Shown piece after piece: positions 48,193 through 58,104 of a DNA stretch of 64,000 nucleotides; position 1 is the stretch's first letter; every line of letters starts with the position of its first letter. The notes below the pieces were generated by a model, which was given only the letters and a program-made list of their open reading frames with translations, was not told the origin of the DNA and made no database searches. The translations under genes and the position numbers were made by a program. The DNA comes from an uncultured Anaerolineales bacterium. GTDB taxonomy: Bacteria; Chloroflexota; Anaerolineae; Anaerolineales; UBA6663. Location: NCBI GenBank assembly GCA_964608265.1, contig CAZSNP010000016.1, positions 5,566 to 69,565 of the forward strand, written 5' to 3'.

Positions 48193-49005
48193 ATGGAAGA
48201 ACGTCTGCAGAAACTCCTCGCGCAGGCGGGCCACGGCTCGCGCCGGGCGTGCGAGGACCTCATCACGCAGGGCCGCGTGCGCGTCAACGGCGAGCGCGCC
48301 ATCCTGGGGCAGAAGGCTGACCCGGCGCGCGACACCATCACCCTCGACGGCGAGCGATTGGCCGCGCCCGGCAAGTTGATATACATTCTGCTCCACAAGC
48401 CGCGCGGCGTCGTCTCGTCGCTCGAGGCGCAGGGCGAGCGAAAGACGGTGGTGGATTTGGTGCCCGAACACATCCGCCGCAACGCGCGGTTGTACCCGGT
48501 CGGGCGGCTTGATCTCGACAGCGAGGGTGTGATCGTGCTGACGAACGATGGCGACCTGACCAACACCCTCACCCATCCCCGTTACGGCGTGGAGAAGGAA
48601 TACCGCGTTTTGGTGAAAGGCCAGCCGGATGGCGAACGATTGGACGCGTGGCGGCGCGGCGTCGTCATCGAGAACCGCGAGACCGGTGAGCGCTACCGCA
48701 GCCGGCCGGCGAAGGTGCGCCGCGAGGAATCAGGCGCCCGCGAGACCACCTGGTTGCGTGTGATCGTGAAGGAAGGCAGGAAGCACGAGCTGCGCGATAT
48801 CGGCCTGACCCTCGGGCTGCCGGTTGAACGCCTCATCCGGGTGCGGCTCGGTTCGCTGGAGCTGGGTGAGTTGCGGGCGCGTGAGTGGCGGGAACTTACC
48901 CCCACCGAAGTGCGGGCGCTCAAGCGCGAGGGCAGCCAAGGCGACAAGGGCAACGCGGGACCACGACGAAACTCGCCGGGCAAGGCCCAGCGTCCCGGAC
49001 GGTGA
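48193..49005 (+). CDS. rluB: Ribosomal large-subunit pseudouridine synthase (RluB/RsuA family)
   Basis: MEERLQKLLAQAG.GSRR S4 domain, RLYPVGRLDLDSEG, HPRYGVEKEY, EGRKHELR. Confidence 0.9.
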   Translation: MEERLQKLLAQAGHGSRRACEDLITQGRVRVNGERAILGQKADPARDTITLDGERLAAPGKLIYILLHKPRGVVSSLEAQGERKTVVDLVPEHIRRNARLYPVGRLDLDSEGVIVLTNDGDLTNTLTHPRYGVEKEYRVLVKGQPDGERLDAWRRGVVIENRETGERYRSRPAKVRREESGARETTWLRVIVKEGRKHELRDIGLTLGLPVERLIRVRLGSLELGELRAREWRELTPTEVRALKREGSQGDKGNAGPRRNSPGKAQRPGR

Positions 49006-49017
49006 ACGATCCTGGAG

Positions 49018-52000
49018 TTGAGAATGACGACAGCAACCTTTGACGACGACAAGACCTCAGTGCTCGACCGCCCGGCGTGGAGCGTGTTGGCGCTGGATTG
49101 GGAGAAGGCGCTCTACGCGGTGCTCATCATCGCCGCCTTCGTCACGCGCTTCTACGATGTCGGCGCGCGGGTGATGAGCCACGACGAGAGCCTGCACACG
49201 CAATACTCGTGGTACCTGTACAAGAACGGCAACTATCAACACTCGCCGATGATGCACGGGCCGCTCAAATTCCATCTGACGGCCTTCACCTACTGGCTCC
49301 TGGGCGACGACGACTTCACCTCGCGCCTCGCCACCTCGCTGATGGGCGTGGCGGCGGTCGGGTTGTGTTACTTCTTCCGCAAGTGGCTGGGCCGAACCGG
49401 CGCGCTGGTCGCCGCGCTGCTGCTGCTTATCTCACCATACCAGCTCTACTACGCCCGCTACATCCGCGATGAGCCGTACGTGATGGTGTGGGGGATGCTG
49501 ATTGCGTTGATGATCTTCAACTACATGGAGAGCCGCGCCCCCAGGTTCCTCTACGGGCTGGCCGCCGTCAGCGCCTTGTTCTACGCGACGATGGAGAGTT
49601 CCTTCATCTATGTCGCCATCGCGATGTTCTTCCTCGGGCTGTACTTCCTATATGAGCTTTTGGTGCTGCAATGGCCCCGGCCCGAGATGCGCACGGCCTT
49701 TTGGGGGTTGATGGCGGTCGCCGGGGTGCTGGCAGCCGTCGGCGTCGGCCTGTTCTTCATGCGCGACCGATTGGGCATCTCGCCGCTGGATGGAGGGCAG
49801 GTTCAGGCGCCGGCCGAGCCGGGGCGGCTGACGCCGGAAGGCGGCCCGATCTCGGCGATGGAGGGTTACGCCGATCTGGCCTGGCTGGGCGCCCTCATCG
49901 CCGGGGCCTTCGCGTTGTGGGTCGTCGTGCGCGCCTTCGGGCAGGAACGCTTCCGCCAATTCGCGGCCATTGACCTCATCGCCGTGCTGGGCCTGTTTGT
50001 GCTGCCGCAACTGGCTGCGCTGCCGGTGCGCGGGCTGGGCTTCAACCCGGTCAATTACAACCCGCCGCCGATGACGGGATTTGATGTCGGGGCGTTCTTC
50101 ACCTCGGATGCCGGTGTGACGGTGCTGGTGACGGTGGTGCTCGTGATCGTTTCGCTCGGCCTGGGGGCGCTGTGGAATCTGCGCGTCTTCCTCATCTGCG
50201 CGGCGATCTTCTACGGCATCTACATCCCGCTCTTCACGACCTTCTTCACCAACGGCGCGGGCCTGGCCACCGGCATGATCGGCTCGCTCGGCTACTGGCT
50301 CGAGCAGCACGGCGTGCGGCGCGGCAGCCAGCCCTGGTATTACTACGCCGTCATCAACCTGCCGCTGTACGAATTCCTGCCGGCCCTCGGGGCGTTGTTC
50401 GCCGGCGGCCTCGGCCTCTATCGCTTGTTCAATCGGCCGCCGGTCGCGGCACCGGCGGATGAGGCTCAAACGGGGCCAAAGTTCCCGGCGTTGCTGTACA
50501 TCGGCTGGTGGAGCGTACTGGCCTTCGGGGCGTTCAGCGTTGCCGGTGAAAAAATGCCGTGGCTGACGACGCACATCTGTCTGCCGCTGATCTTGCTCAG
50601 CGGCTGGGCCATCGGGCAAGTGATCGACTCAATCAACTGGAGTCACTTCCGCGAGCAACGGGCCTGGATCGTGGCCCTGCTCCTGCCGCTCACCCTCGTC
50701 GCCATCCTCGGGGGCATCGGGCAGTTGCTCGGCAACGGCGCGCCGCTGACGGGCGAACGCTCGGAGATTCAGACCGCCGCTGCCATCGGCGGCTTTGTGG
50801 CGGCGTTGGTTGTGGTCGTCATCGGCGTGGCCGGGCTGTATCGCTGGGGCGCGCCGTTGGGTTGGGGCAACGTGGCCCGCCTGGCCACGCTGACGGTCTT
50901 CGGGCTGCTCGCCCTCGTCACCGCCCGCACCGCCTACATCGCCACCTTCATCAACTACGATTACGCCAACGAGTTCCTCGTCTACGCTCACGGCGCGCGC
51001 GGCGTCAAGACGGTGATGGATCAGATCGAGGACATCTCCGAGCGCACCACCGATGGCCTCGGCCTGCGCGTGGCCTACGACTCGCCGGTGGCCTGGCCGA
51101 TGACGTGGTACATGCGCAACTACAAAAATCAGGTTTTCTACGGCGACACGCCCAGCCGCGCGCAACTGCAGGACGTGCCCGTCGTCATCGCCAGCGACAA
51201 AAACGCCAGCCGGGTCGAGACCTTGCTGGGCGACAGCTACTACAAGTTCGACTACATCCGCATGGTCTGGCCGATGCAGGATTACTTCCCGACCGACAAA
51301 TCCATCGGCGAACGCATCTTGACCAGCCTCGGCGACGCGCGGATGCGGCAGGCGCTGTGGAACATCTGGTGGGCCCGCGATTACACGCTGTATCAGGAGT
51401 TGACGGCTGAAACGAACCCGGGCCGGTCGTTCGAACTGGCGCAGTGGCCGATGGCCGACCGGATGAAGATGTACGTCCGCAAAGACATCGCCGCGCAGAT
51501 CTGGAGCTTCGGCGTCGGCCCGACGCAGCTGGCCGTCGAAGTGGAGAAGGATCCGTACCTCGAGGCGCGCCAGACCATCGCCGCGAACTTCATCTTCGGG
51601 GTGCAGGGGCAGGGCGACGGCCAGTTCAACGCGCCGCGCGGCATCGCCATCGGCCCCGATGGCTCGGTGTATGTCGCCGATACCTTCAATCACCGGATTC
51701 AGAAGTATGATGCCGAAGGTCAATTTGTCCTGGCCTTTGGCCGCTTCGGTGATCTTTCCAAGGGGACGGGCAGCGAGGGCGGCACGTTCAACGAGCCGTG
51801 GGGCATCGGCGTGGGGCCGGATGGCTCGGTGTACGTCGCCGATACGTGGAACTATCGCGTGCAGAAGTTCGACGCGGAGGGCCGCTTCGTGCGGATGTGG
51901 GGCAAGTTCGGTCAGGACGGCGCCTTTGACTCGTTCTACGGCCCGCGCGACATCGCCGTGGATGCGCAGGGCAACGTGTATGTGACCGACACCGGCAACA

Positions 52001-52470
52001 AGCGCGTGGTGGTTTTTGATCCAAACGGCCTCGGCCTGACGAGCATCGGCTCGGAGGGCTTTGAGCCGGGGCTGTTCGATGAGCCGGTCGGGCTGGCGAT
52101 GGCGGCGGATGGCTCGCTGTATGTGGCCGACACCTGGAACCAGCGCATTCAGCGCTTCCGCCCGAATGGCGTGGATGGCGAGTACCTGTTCGACACCGAG
52201 ATCAAAGTGAAGGCGTGGCAGGGCACCTCGGTGGAGAACAAACCCTTTATCACCACCGATACCCAGGGCCGCATCTACGTCACCGATCCGGAGGGCTTCC
52301 GCGTGCTGGTGTTCAGCGAGGCGGGTGAGTTCCTTACGACGTGGGGCGACCCCGGCGCCGACAACACGACCTTCTCGACGATCTCCGGCATCGAAGTGGA
52401 CGCCGCCGGTAATGTGTACGTGGTGGACTCCGGCAACCATCGCGTGATGCGCTTCCCGCTTTTGCCATAG
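49018..52470 (+). CDS. GT-C-fold membrane glycosyltransferase (Agl23/TIGR03663-like) fused to a C-terminal NHL-repeat propeller
   Basis: RVMSHDESLH, HGPL, YYARYIRDE, YWLEQHGVRRG.QPWYYY, EKMPWL; NHL repeats FNAPRGIAIGPDGSVYVADT and similar. Confidence 0.88.
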   Translation: MRMTTATFDDDKTSVLDRPAWSVLALDWEKALYAVLIIAAFVTRFYDVGARVMSHDESLHTQYSWYLYKNGNYQHSPMMHGPLKFHLTAFTYWLLGDDDFTSRLATSLMGVAAVGLCYFFRKWLGRTGALVAALLLLISPYQLYYARYIRDEPYVMVWGMLIALMIFNYMESRAPRFLYGLAAVSALFYATMESSFIYVAIAMFFLGLYFLYELLVLQWPRPEMRTAFWGLMAVAGVLAAVGVGLFFMRDRLGISPLDGGQVQAPAEPGRLTPEGGPISAMEGYADLAWLGALIAGAFALWVVVRAFGQERFRQFAAIDLIAVLGLFVLPQLAALPVRGLGFNPVNYNPPPMTGFDVGAFFTSDAGVTVLVTVVLVIVSLGLGALWNLRVFLICAAIFYGIYIPLFTTFFTNGAGLATGMIGSLGYWLEQHGVRRGSQPWYYYAVINLPLYEFLPALGALFAGGLGLYRLFNRPPVAAPADEAQTGPKFPALLYIGWWSVLAFGAFSVAGEKMPWLTTHICLPLILLSGWAIGQVIDSINWSHFREQRAWIVALLLPLTLVAILGGIGQLLGNGAPLTGERSEIQTAAAIGGFVAALVVVVIGVAGLYRWGAPLGWGNVARLATLTVFGLLALVTARTAYIATFINYDYANEFLVYAHGARGVKTVMDQIEDISERTTDGLGLRVAYDSPVAWPMTWYMRNYKNQVFYGDTPSRAQLQDVPVVIASDKNASRVETLLGDSYYKFDYIRMVWPMQDYFPTDKSIGERILTSLGDARMRQALWNIWWARDYTLYQELTAETNPGRSFELAQWPMADRMKMYVRKDIAAQIWSFGVGPTQLAVEVEKDPYLEARQTIAANFIFGVQGQGDGQFNAPRGIAIGPDGSVYVADTFNHRIQKYDAEGQFVLAFGRFGDLSKGTGSEGGTFNEPWGIGVGPDGSVYVADTWNYRVQKFDAEGRFVRMWGKFGQDGAFDSFYGPRDIAVDAQGNVYVTDTGNKRVVVFDPNGLGLTSIGSEGFEPGLFDEPVGLAMAADGSLYVADTWNQRIQRFRPNGVDGEYLFDTEIKVKAWQGTSVENKPFITTDTQGRIYVTDPEGFRVLVFSEAGEFLTTWGDPGADNTTFSTISGIEVDAAGNVYVVDSGNHRVMRFPLLP

Positions 52471-52494
52471 TCCCGCAATGGAATGACAGCCGCC

Positions 52495-52623
52495 GAACGG
52501 ACGAGGGCGAACCACCATCCTCGTCCGTTTGCCGTGTGCACGCAAAGGTTGTCAGCCGGTGAGCAGACCGACGCGGTCGTCGAGACCGCGTTGGTCTTTT
52601 CCCGACAACTCGTGCGTGCACAC
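52495..52623. other. Two tandem hairpins (11-bp hairpin plus a 90-nt rod) upstream of sucC
   Basis: Stems 52496-506/52519-529, 52534-544/52613-623, 52548-553/52604-609 and 52565-578/52584-597. Confidence 0.6.
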
Positions 52624-52662
52624 CCGTATGCCTCTTCAGGCGTCCGGTATCGGTATCCGATG

Positions 52663-52668
52663 TATAAT
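52663..52668 (+). promoter_or_regulatory. Probable sigma-70 -10 element of sucCD
   Basis: TATAAT about 50 nt upstream of the GGAGG SD and TTG start. Confidence 0.6.
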
Positions 52669-52719
52669 TTCGCGCGGCCCGCCATGGGCCATACCCCCTC
52701 AAACCAAAGTGGAGGCCCC

Positions 52720-53859
52720 TTGAAACTTCACGAATATCAGTCGAAGCAACTGTTTGCGCAACACGGTGTGCCCATCCCCAAAGGGCGCGTGGCGACGACG
52801 GCGCAGGAGGCGCGTGATATCTGTATCGAACTCGGCGGCCGGGCGGTCATCAAGAGCCAGGTGCTGGTGGGCGGGCGTGGCAAGGCCGGCGGCATCAAGC
52901 TGGCGAAGTCGCCGCAGGACGCCGAGGACCTGGCGGCGCAGATTCTGGCGATGCACATCAAAGGCCTGCCGGTGCGCAAAGTGCTGGTGGATGAAGCCGC
53001 CGACATCAAGAAGGAGATCTACCTCGGCATCACGAATGATCGCGCGGCGCGCAGGCCGGTGATCATTTGCTCGTCGGAGGGCGGCGTCGAGATCGAGGAG
53101 GTGGCCAGGACCAACCCGGAGGCCATCATCCGCGAACACATCGACCCGATCATGGGGCTGCGCGATTACGAAATCCGCAACATCGCCCTGAGCATCAACC
53201 TGCCGCGCGAACACTGGAAGGCGTTCGGGCAAATCCTGGGCGGCCTGTATCAAACCTATCGCGACACCGACGCCTCGCTGGCCGAGATCAACCCGCTGGT
53301 CATCAACGGCGCCGGGCAGCTCGTGGCCCTCGACGGCAAAATCGTCCTCGACGACAACGCGCTGTTTCGCCATCCCAACCTGGCCGAGATGCGCGACCTC
53401 GATGAGGAGTCGCCGCAGGAAACTGAGGCGCGCAAATACGGATTGAGCTACGTCAACCTTGGCGGCGAGATCGGCTGCCTGGTGAACGGCGCGGGCCTGG
53501 CGATGGGGACGATGGACATCGTCAAACACTTCGGCGGCACCCCGGCCAATTTCCTCGACATCGGCGGCGGCGCGGGCGCGGATAAAGTTGCGGCGGCGCT
53601 CAAGATCATCATGTCGGAGCCGAACCTCAAGGCCATCCTCATCAATATCTTTGGCGGCATCACGCGCTGCGATGAAGTTGCCAGGGGCATCATCGCGGCG
53701 ATGAAGGAGGTCGGGGTGGGCGTGCCGATGGTGGTGCGGCTGGTGGGCACCAACGAGGAGGAGGGCCGGCGCCTGCTGGCCGACGCCAATCTGATCACGG
53801 CGGCCTCGCTGGCCGAAGCGGCCCAGAAGGCGGTCGCGGCGGCGCGGAATCACCAATAA
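52720..53859 (+). CDS. sucC: Succinyl-CoA synthetase beta subunit (ADP-forming)
   Basis: [50 protein letters not shown] start with GGAGG SD. Confidence 0.96.
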   Translation: MKLHEYQSKQLFAQHGVPIPKGRVATTAQEARDICIELGGRAVIKSQVLVGGRGKAGGIKLAKSPQDAEDLAAQILAMHIKGLPVRKVLVDEAADIKKEIYLGITNDRAARRPVIICSSEGGVEIEEVARTNPEAIIREHIDPIMGLRDYEIRNIALSINLPREHWKAFGQILGGLYQTYRDTDASLAEINPLVINGAGQLVALDGKIVLDDNALFRHPNLAEMRDLDEESPQETEARKYGLSYVNLGGEIGCLVNGAGLAMGTMDIVKHFGGTPANFLDIGGGAGADKVAAALKIIMSEPNLKAILINIFGGITRCDEVARGIIAAMKEVGVGVPMVVRLVGTNEEEGRRLLADANLITAASLAEAAQKAVAAARNHQ

Positions 53860-53907
53860 CGGAAAACTCATAACCAGAGATTGGTTATTGGTTGCCTGGA
53901 CAAACAC

Positions 53908-54768
53908 ATGAGCATTCTCGTCAACAAAGACACACGCCTCATCGTGCAGGGCATCACCGGGCGCGAGGGGTTGTTTCATACCAAGCAGATGGTCGCCGCC
54001 GGCACGAAGGTCGTGGCGGGCGTGACGCCGGGCAAGGGCGGTGAGTGGGTGGAGGGCAACATCCCGGTGTTCGAGACGGTGAAGTCGGCCGTGGAATCCA
54101 CCGGGGCGAATTGCTCCGTCATCTTCGTGCCGGCCAAGTTCGCGCCGGATTCGATTTACGAGGCCGCCGACGCCGGCCTGCCGCTCATCGTCTGCATCTC
54201 CGACTGGCTGCCGGTGCAGGATATGATGAAGGCGCGCCAATACCTCGACGCGCGCGGCATCAAACTCATCGGCCCGAACTGCCCCGGGCTGCTGACTCCG
54301 GGCGAGGCCAAGGTCGGCATCATCCCCTATCACATCGCCAGGCCCGGCAACGTGGGCCTGGTGTCGCGCTCGGGCACGCTGACGTATGAAGTCGTGGCGG
54401 CGCTCACCGCGCACGGCATGGGGCAAAGCACCTGCGTCGGCATCGGCGGTGACCCGGTGAAGGGGCTGAACTTCATTGACGTACTGGCGATGTTCGAGGC
54501 CGACCCGCAAACCGAGAAAGTGGTGATGATCGGTGAGATCGGCGGCAACGACGAGGAACGCGCCGCGGAGTTCATCGCCAGCAAAATGACCAAGCCGGTC
54601 GCGGCCTTCATCGCCGGGCAGACGGCGCCGCCCGGCAAACGCATGGGCCACGCCGGCGCCATCATCGAGGGCGGCTCGGGCACCGCCGAGGACAAGGTCA
54701 GAGCCCTCGAAGCTGCGCGGGTCAAGGTCGCCAAACATCCCGAAGAAATCCCGGGCCTGTTGAGTTAG
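53908..54768 (+). CDS. sucD: Succinyl-CoA synthetase alpha subunit
   Basis: [38 protein letters not shown], phospho-His in RMGHAGA. Confidence 0.96.
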   Translation: MSILVNKDTRLIVQGITGREGLFHTKQMVAAGTKVVAGVTPGKGGEWVEGNIPVFETVKSAVESTGANCSVIFVPAKFAPDSIYEAADAGLPLIVCISDWLPVQDMMKARQYLDARGIKLIGPNCPGLLTPGEAKVGIIPYHIARPGNVGLVSRSGTLTYEVVAALTAHGMGQSTCVGIGGDPVKGLNFIDVLAMFEADPQTEKVVMIGEIGGNDEERAAEFIASKMTKPVAAFIAGQTAPPGKRMGHAGAIIEGGSGTAEDKVRALEAARVKVAKHPEEIPGLLS

Positions 54769-54802
54769 GCCCCTCGCCTGTCAGCCCAATCGGAGGATCG
54801 CC

Positions 54803-55186
54803 ATGCCCCCAGTCATCAACAAATCCGTCAACGCTATCGAGAGCGCTCAGGCCGCCGTGGCGGCCAACGCCAGGAGCGCCGATGCCCACGCCGGTCTCGG
54901 CTGGGCGTATTACGGCAAAGGCCAACTCACCGAGGCGTTGAGCGCCCTGCAACAGGCGCTGGCGCTGGATGGCGACCACCTCGAAGCCCACTACGGCCTC
55001 GGCCTGTTGCACAAGGCGATGGGCGCGAAGATGGAAGCGATTGCGGAGTTTCAGAAGGCCATTGCGCTGGCCGGCAGGATCGAAGACCGCGACCGCAACC
55101 TGATGCTGGTGCGGATCATCCAGGGGCACATCAACCAGTTGAACACAGGGGATTGGGCGCTGGGCAAACACGAGCAGCACGCCTGA
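54803..55186 (+). CDS. Small tetratricopeptide-repeat protein
   Basis: AHAGLGWAYYGKG..EA...LQQALALD and AHYGLGLLHK...A..EFQKAI TPR units; GGAGG SD. Confidence 0.85.
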   Translation: MPPVINKSVNAIESAQAAVAANARSADAHAGLGWAYYGKGQLTEALSALQQALALDGDHLEAHYGLGLLHKAMGAKMEAIAEFQKAIALAGRIEDRDRNLMLVRIIQGHINQLNTGDWALGKHEQHA

Positions 55187-55215
55187 GCGGCGCAACAACC
55201 GCCATCGCTTCGCCG

Positions 55216-55259
55216 AGTCCGCCTGTGGCGCCGGGGTGTGGCCGGCGTCGTGGCGGACT
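55216..55259 (+). terminator. Possible terminator hairpin after the sucCD-TPR run
   Basis: AGTCCGCC/GGCGGACT outer stem with an inner GC stem, followed by a weak TTCTCT tract. Confidence 0.45.
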
Positions 55260-55272
55260 TTCTCTATCTCGC

Positions 55273-55842
55273 ATGTCCATCCGTGTGATCGCTGGCAGCG
55301 CCAAAGGGCGCCGGCTCAAACTGGTGCCGGGGGAGAGCACGCGGCCGATCATGGATCGCGTGAAGCAGGCGCTCTTCAACATCCTGGGCGACGCCATCCT
55401 CGAGGCGCGCGTCCTCGATTTATTCGCCGGCACGGGCGGGGTGGGGATCGAGGCGCTGAGCCGGGGGGCGGCCTACGCGGAGTTCGTCGAGAGTGGGCGG
55501 GTAGCGGTCAACATCATCCGCGAGAACCTGCACGCCACCGGGCTGCTGCCGCTGGCGCGCATCATCCGCTCGGATGTGTTTATCCATCTGCGCAACGCGC
55601 CGCGCGAGGGGTTCGACTACGTGCACATCGCGCCGCCGCAATATCGCGGGCTGTGGTCAAAGACGCTGCAGGCGCTGGAGGCGAAGCCCGAATGGGTCAA
55701 CCCCGATGGGATCGTGTGCGTTCAGATCGATCCCCGAGAGTATCAGGCCCAAGAACTGGCGCACTTCACGCTCGTGGACGAGCGCAATTACGCCAACACC
55801 CGGTTGTGCCTGTACGAGCGTCAGAGCCTGTCGCCGGCCTGA
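55273..55842 (+). CDS. rsmD: 16S rRNA m2G966 methyltransferase
   Basis: IRVIAGSAKGRRL, TRPIMDRVKQALFNIL, LDLFAGTG.VGIEALSRGA. Confidence 0.93.
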   Translation: MSIRVIAGSAKGRRLKLVPGESTRPIMDRVKQALFNILGDAILEARVLDLFAGTGGVGIEALSRGAAYAEFVESGRVAVNIIRENLHATGLLPLARIIRSDVFIHLRNAPREGFDYVHIAPPQYRGLWSKTLQALEAKPEWVNPDGIVCVQIDPREYQAQELAHFTLVDERNYANTRLCLYERQSLSPA

Positions 55843-55858
55843 GCCAGCGGCTGTCTTC

Positions 55859-58087
55859 CTACTTTCCCTCGTTGCCTTCTTTTCCGTCGCCCTCCGGCCT
55901 CTTCTCCGCCTTGAGGTAAACCACCGCCAAGGGCGGCACCGTCAGCAGCAGCGAATGCGGCTGGCCCTGCCAGGGCGTCGGCTCGGAGGGCAGGCCGCCG
56001 GCGTTGCCCATGTTGCTGCCGCCGTAGTGCGCCGAATCGCTGTTGAGGATTTCGCTATAGCGGCCGCCGACCGGCGCGCCCACGCGATACCCGGTGCGCG
56101 GGACGGGGGTGAAGTTGGCGACGACGACCATGCACTCGCGCTTATCCTCGGCGTAGCGGATGAACGAGACGATGCTCTGATCCACGTCGCGGAAGTCCAC
56201 CCACTGAAAACCATCCCATTGAAAATCTACTTCGTGCAGGGAGGCCTGTGCGATGTACACGTGATTGAGGTCGCGCACAAAGGCCTGCATCTGCCGATGA
56301 AACGGCTTGTCGAGCAGGTACCAATCCAGCCCGGCCTGGAAATTCCACTCATTCCACTGCGCGAACTCGCCGCCCATGAAGTTGAGCTTCTTGCCGGGGA
56401 AGGCGGTCATGTAGGCGTACAACGCCCGCAGGTTGGCGAACTGTCGCCACTCATCGCCGGGCATCTTGTTGAGCAGCGAGCGTTTGCCATACACCACCTC
56501 GTCGTGCGAGAACGCCAGGATGAAGTTTTCGGTGTAGGCGTACATCATGGCAAACGTCAGATTATTGTGGTGATAGCGGCGGTGCACCGGGTCTTTCTGA
56601 AAATACTCGAGCATGTCGTGCATCCAGCCCATGTTCCACTTGAAATCGAAGCCCAGCCCGCCGAGGTAGACCGGGCGCGAGACCATCGGCCAGGAGGTCG
56701 ACTCCTCGGCGAACGTCAGGACATCGGGGTGATGTTCGTGCACGAGGTCGTTGAAGCGCTTGAGGAAATCCACCGCTTCGAGGTTCTCGCGCCCCCCGAA
56801 TTTGTTCGGCACCCACTCGCCGCTCCTGCGCGAGTAGTCGAGGTAAAGCATCGAGGCCACCGCATCCACCCGCAGGCCGTCGATGTGATAGTTCTCGAGC
56901 CAGAAAAGCGCGTTCGAGAGCAGGAAGTTACGCACCTCGCTGCGCCCAAAGTTGAAGATGAAGGTGCCCCAGTCTCTGTGCTCGCCCTGGCGCGGGTCGG
57001 CGTGCTCGTACAGATGCGTCCCGTCGAAATAGCCCAGGCCGTGCTCGTCTTTCGGGAAGTGCGCAGGCACCCAATCAACCACCACGCCCAATCCGGCCTG
57101 GTGGGCTTTATCCACGAAGTAGCGGAAGTCGTCGGGCGAGCCGAAGCGCGAGGTGGGGGCGAAGTAGCCGGTGACCTGATAGCCCCACGACCCATCGTAC
57201 GGATGCTCGGCGATGGGCATCGTTTCGAGGTGCGTGTACCCCATCGCCCTGGCGTACGGCACGAGATCGTCGGCCAGCTCGCGATAAGTCAACCACTTGT
57301 TGTCGTCCTTGCGTTTCCACGAGCCGAGATGGACTTCGTAGATGTTGATGGGCGCTGCGAGGCGGTGGGCCTGCTTGCGCGTCGCCATCCACTCGCCGTC
57401 GTTCCATTGATAGCGATTGAGGTCGAAGACCACCGAGGCGTTCGCCGGACGCAGTTCGGTGGCGAAACCATACGGGTCGGCCTTGTTGGCCATGTAGCCG
57501 CGAAAGCGACTCTTGACTTCGTACTTGTAGACGGTGCCGGGTCCGATGGTCGGGATGAAAAGCTCCCAGATCCCGCTGCCGCCGCGGGGCCGCATCGGGT
57601 GGCGGCGACCATCCCAGCGGTTGAAGTCTCCGACCACACTCACCCGCAGCGCGCCGGGCGCCCACACGGCGAAGACGGTGCCCGCGACTCGCTGATGCGT
57701 GATCGGATGCGCGCCCAGCTTCTCCCACGCTTTGAGCAGGTTGCCTTCGTTGTACAAATACAAATCCATCTCGCCCAGCACCGGCGCGAAACGATATGGG
57801 TCTTCCACCACCTGCGTGTTACCGCTCCAATCGGTAACGGCCAGTTGGTACTCGAAGAACCGAGTCTCGTCGGGCAGCGCCAGTTCGAAGAAACCCTCTT
57901 CGTGCACGCGCTCCATCGGCATGGCGGTTTGGCCGCGCTGCACGGCGACCTCCTTCGCCTCCGGCTGAAAGGTCCGCAGAACCAGCCCGGCGCCCTCCGG
58001 CCCCGGATGCAGACCGAGGACATCGAACGGCGCGCCGTGATAGCCGCCGACAATGGCGGCAATAAGATCGGGGGCGGTGGCGGGCAT
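55859..58087 (-). CDS. glgB: 1,4-alpha-glucan branching enzyme (GH13)
   Basis: [55 protein letters not shown]. Confidence 0.97.
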   Translation of the reverse strand: MPATAPDLIAAIVGGYHGAPFDVLGLHPGPEGAGLVLRTFQPEAKEVAVQRGQTAMPMERVHEEGFFELALPDETRFFEYQLAVTDWSGNTQVVEDPYRFAPVLGEMDLYLYNEGNLLKAWEKLGAHPITHQRVAGTVFAVWAPGALRVSVVGDFNRWDGRRHPMRPRGGSGIWELFIPTIGPGTVYKYEVKSRFRGYMANKADPYGFATELRPANASVVFDLNRYQWNDGEWMATRKQAHRLAAPINIYEVHLGSWKRKDDNKWLTYRELADDLVPYARAMGYTHLETMPIAEHPYDGSWGYQVTGYFAPTSRFGSPDDFRYFVDKAHQAGLGVVVDWVPAHFPKDEHGLGYFDGTHLYEHADPRQGEHRDWGTFIFNFGRSEVRNFLLSNALFWLENYHIDGLRVDAVASMLYLDYSRRSGEWVPNKFGGRENLEAVDFLKRFNDLVHEHHPDVLTFAEESTSWPMVSRPVYLGGLGFDFKWNMGWMHDMLEYFQKDPVHRRYHHNNLTFAMMYAYTENFILAFSHDEVVYGKRSLLNKMPGDEWRQFANLRALYAYMTAFPGKKLNFMGGEFAQWNEWNFQAGLDWYLLDKPFHRQMQAFVRDLNHVYIAQASLHEVDFQWDGFQWVDFRDVDQSIVSFIRYAEDKRECMVVVANFTPVPRTGYRVGAPVGGRYSEILNSDSAHYGGSNMGNAGGLPSEPTPWQGQPHSLLLTVPPLAVVYLKAEKRPEGDGKEGNEGK

Positions 58088-58104
58088 GGGTACTCCTCGC
58101 TGGG

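Noticed and set aside
52495-52623. SRP RNA or the Pseudomonas sucC RNA motif
   Set aside because: It lacks the SRP domain IV GGAA loop and CAGG/AGCAG motifs, and lies upstream of the probable sucC promoter. Kept only as an unidentified structure.
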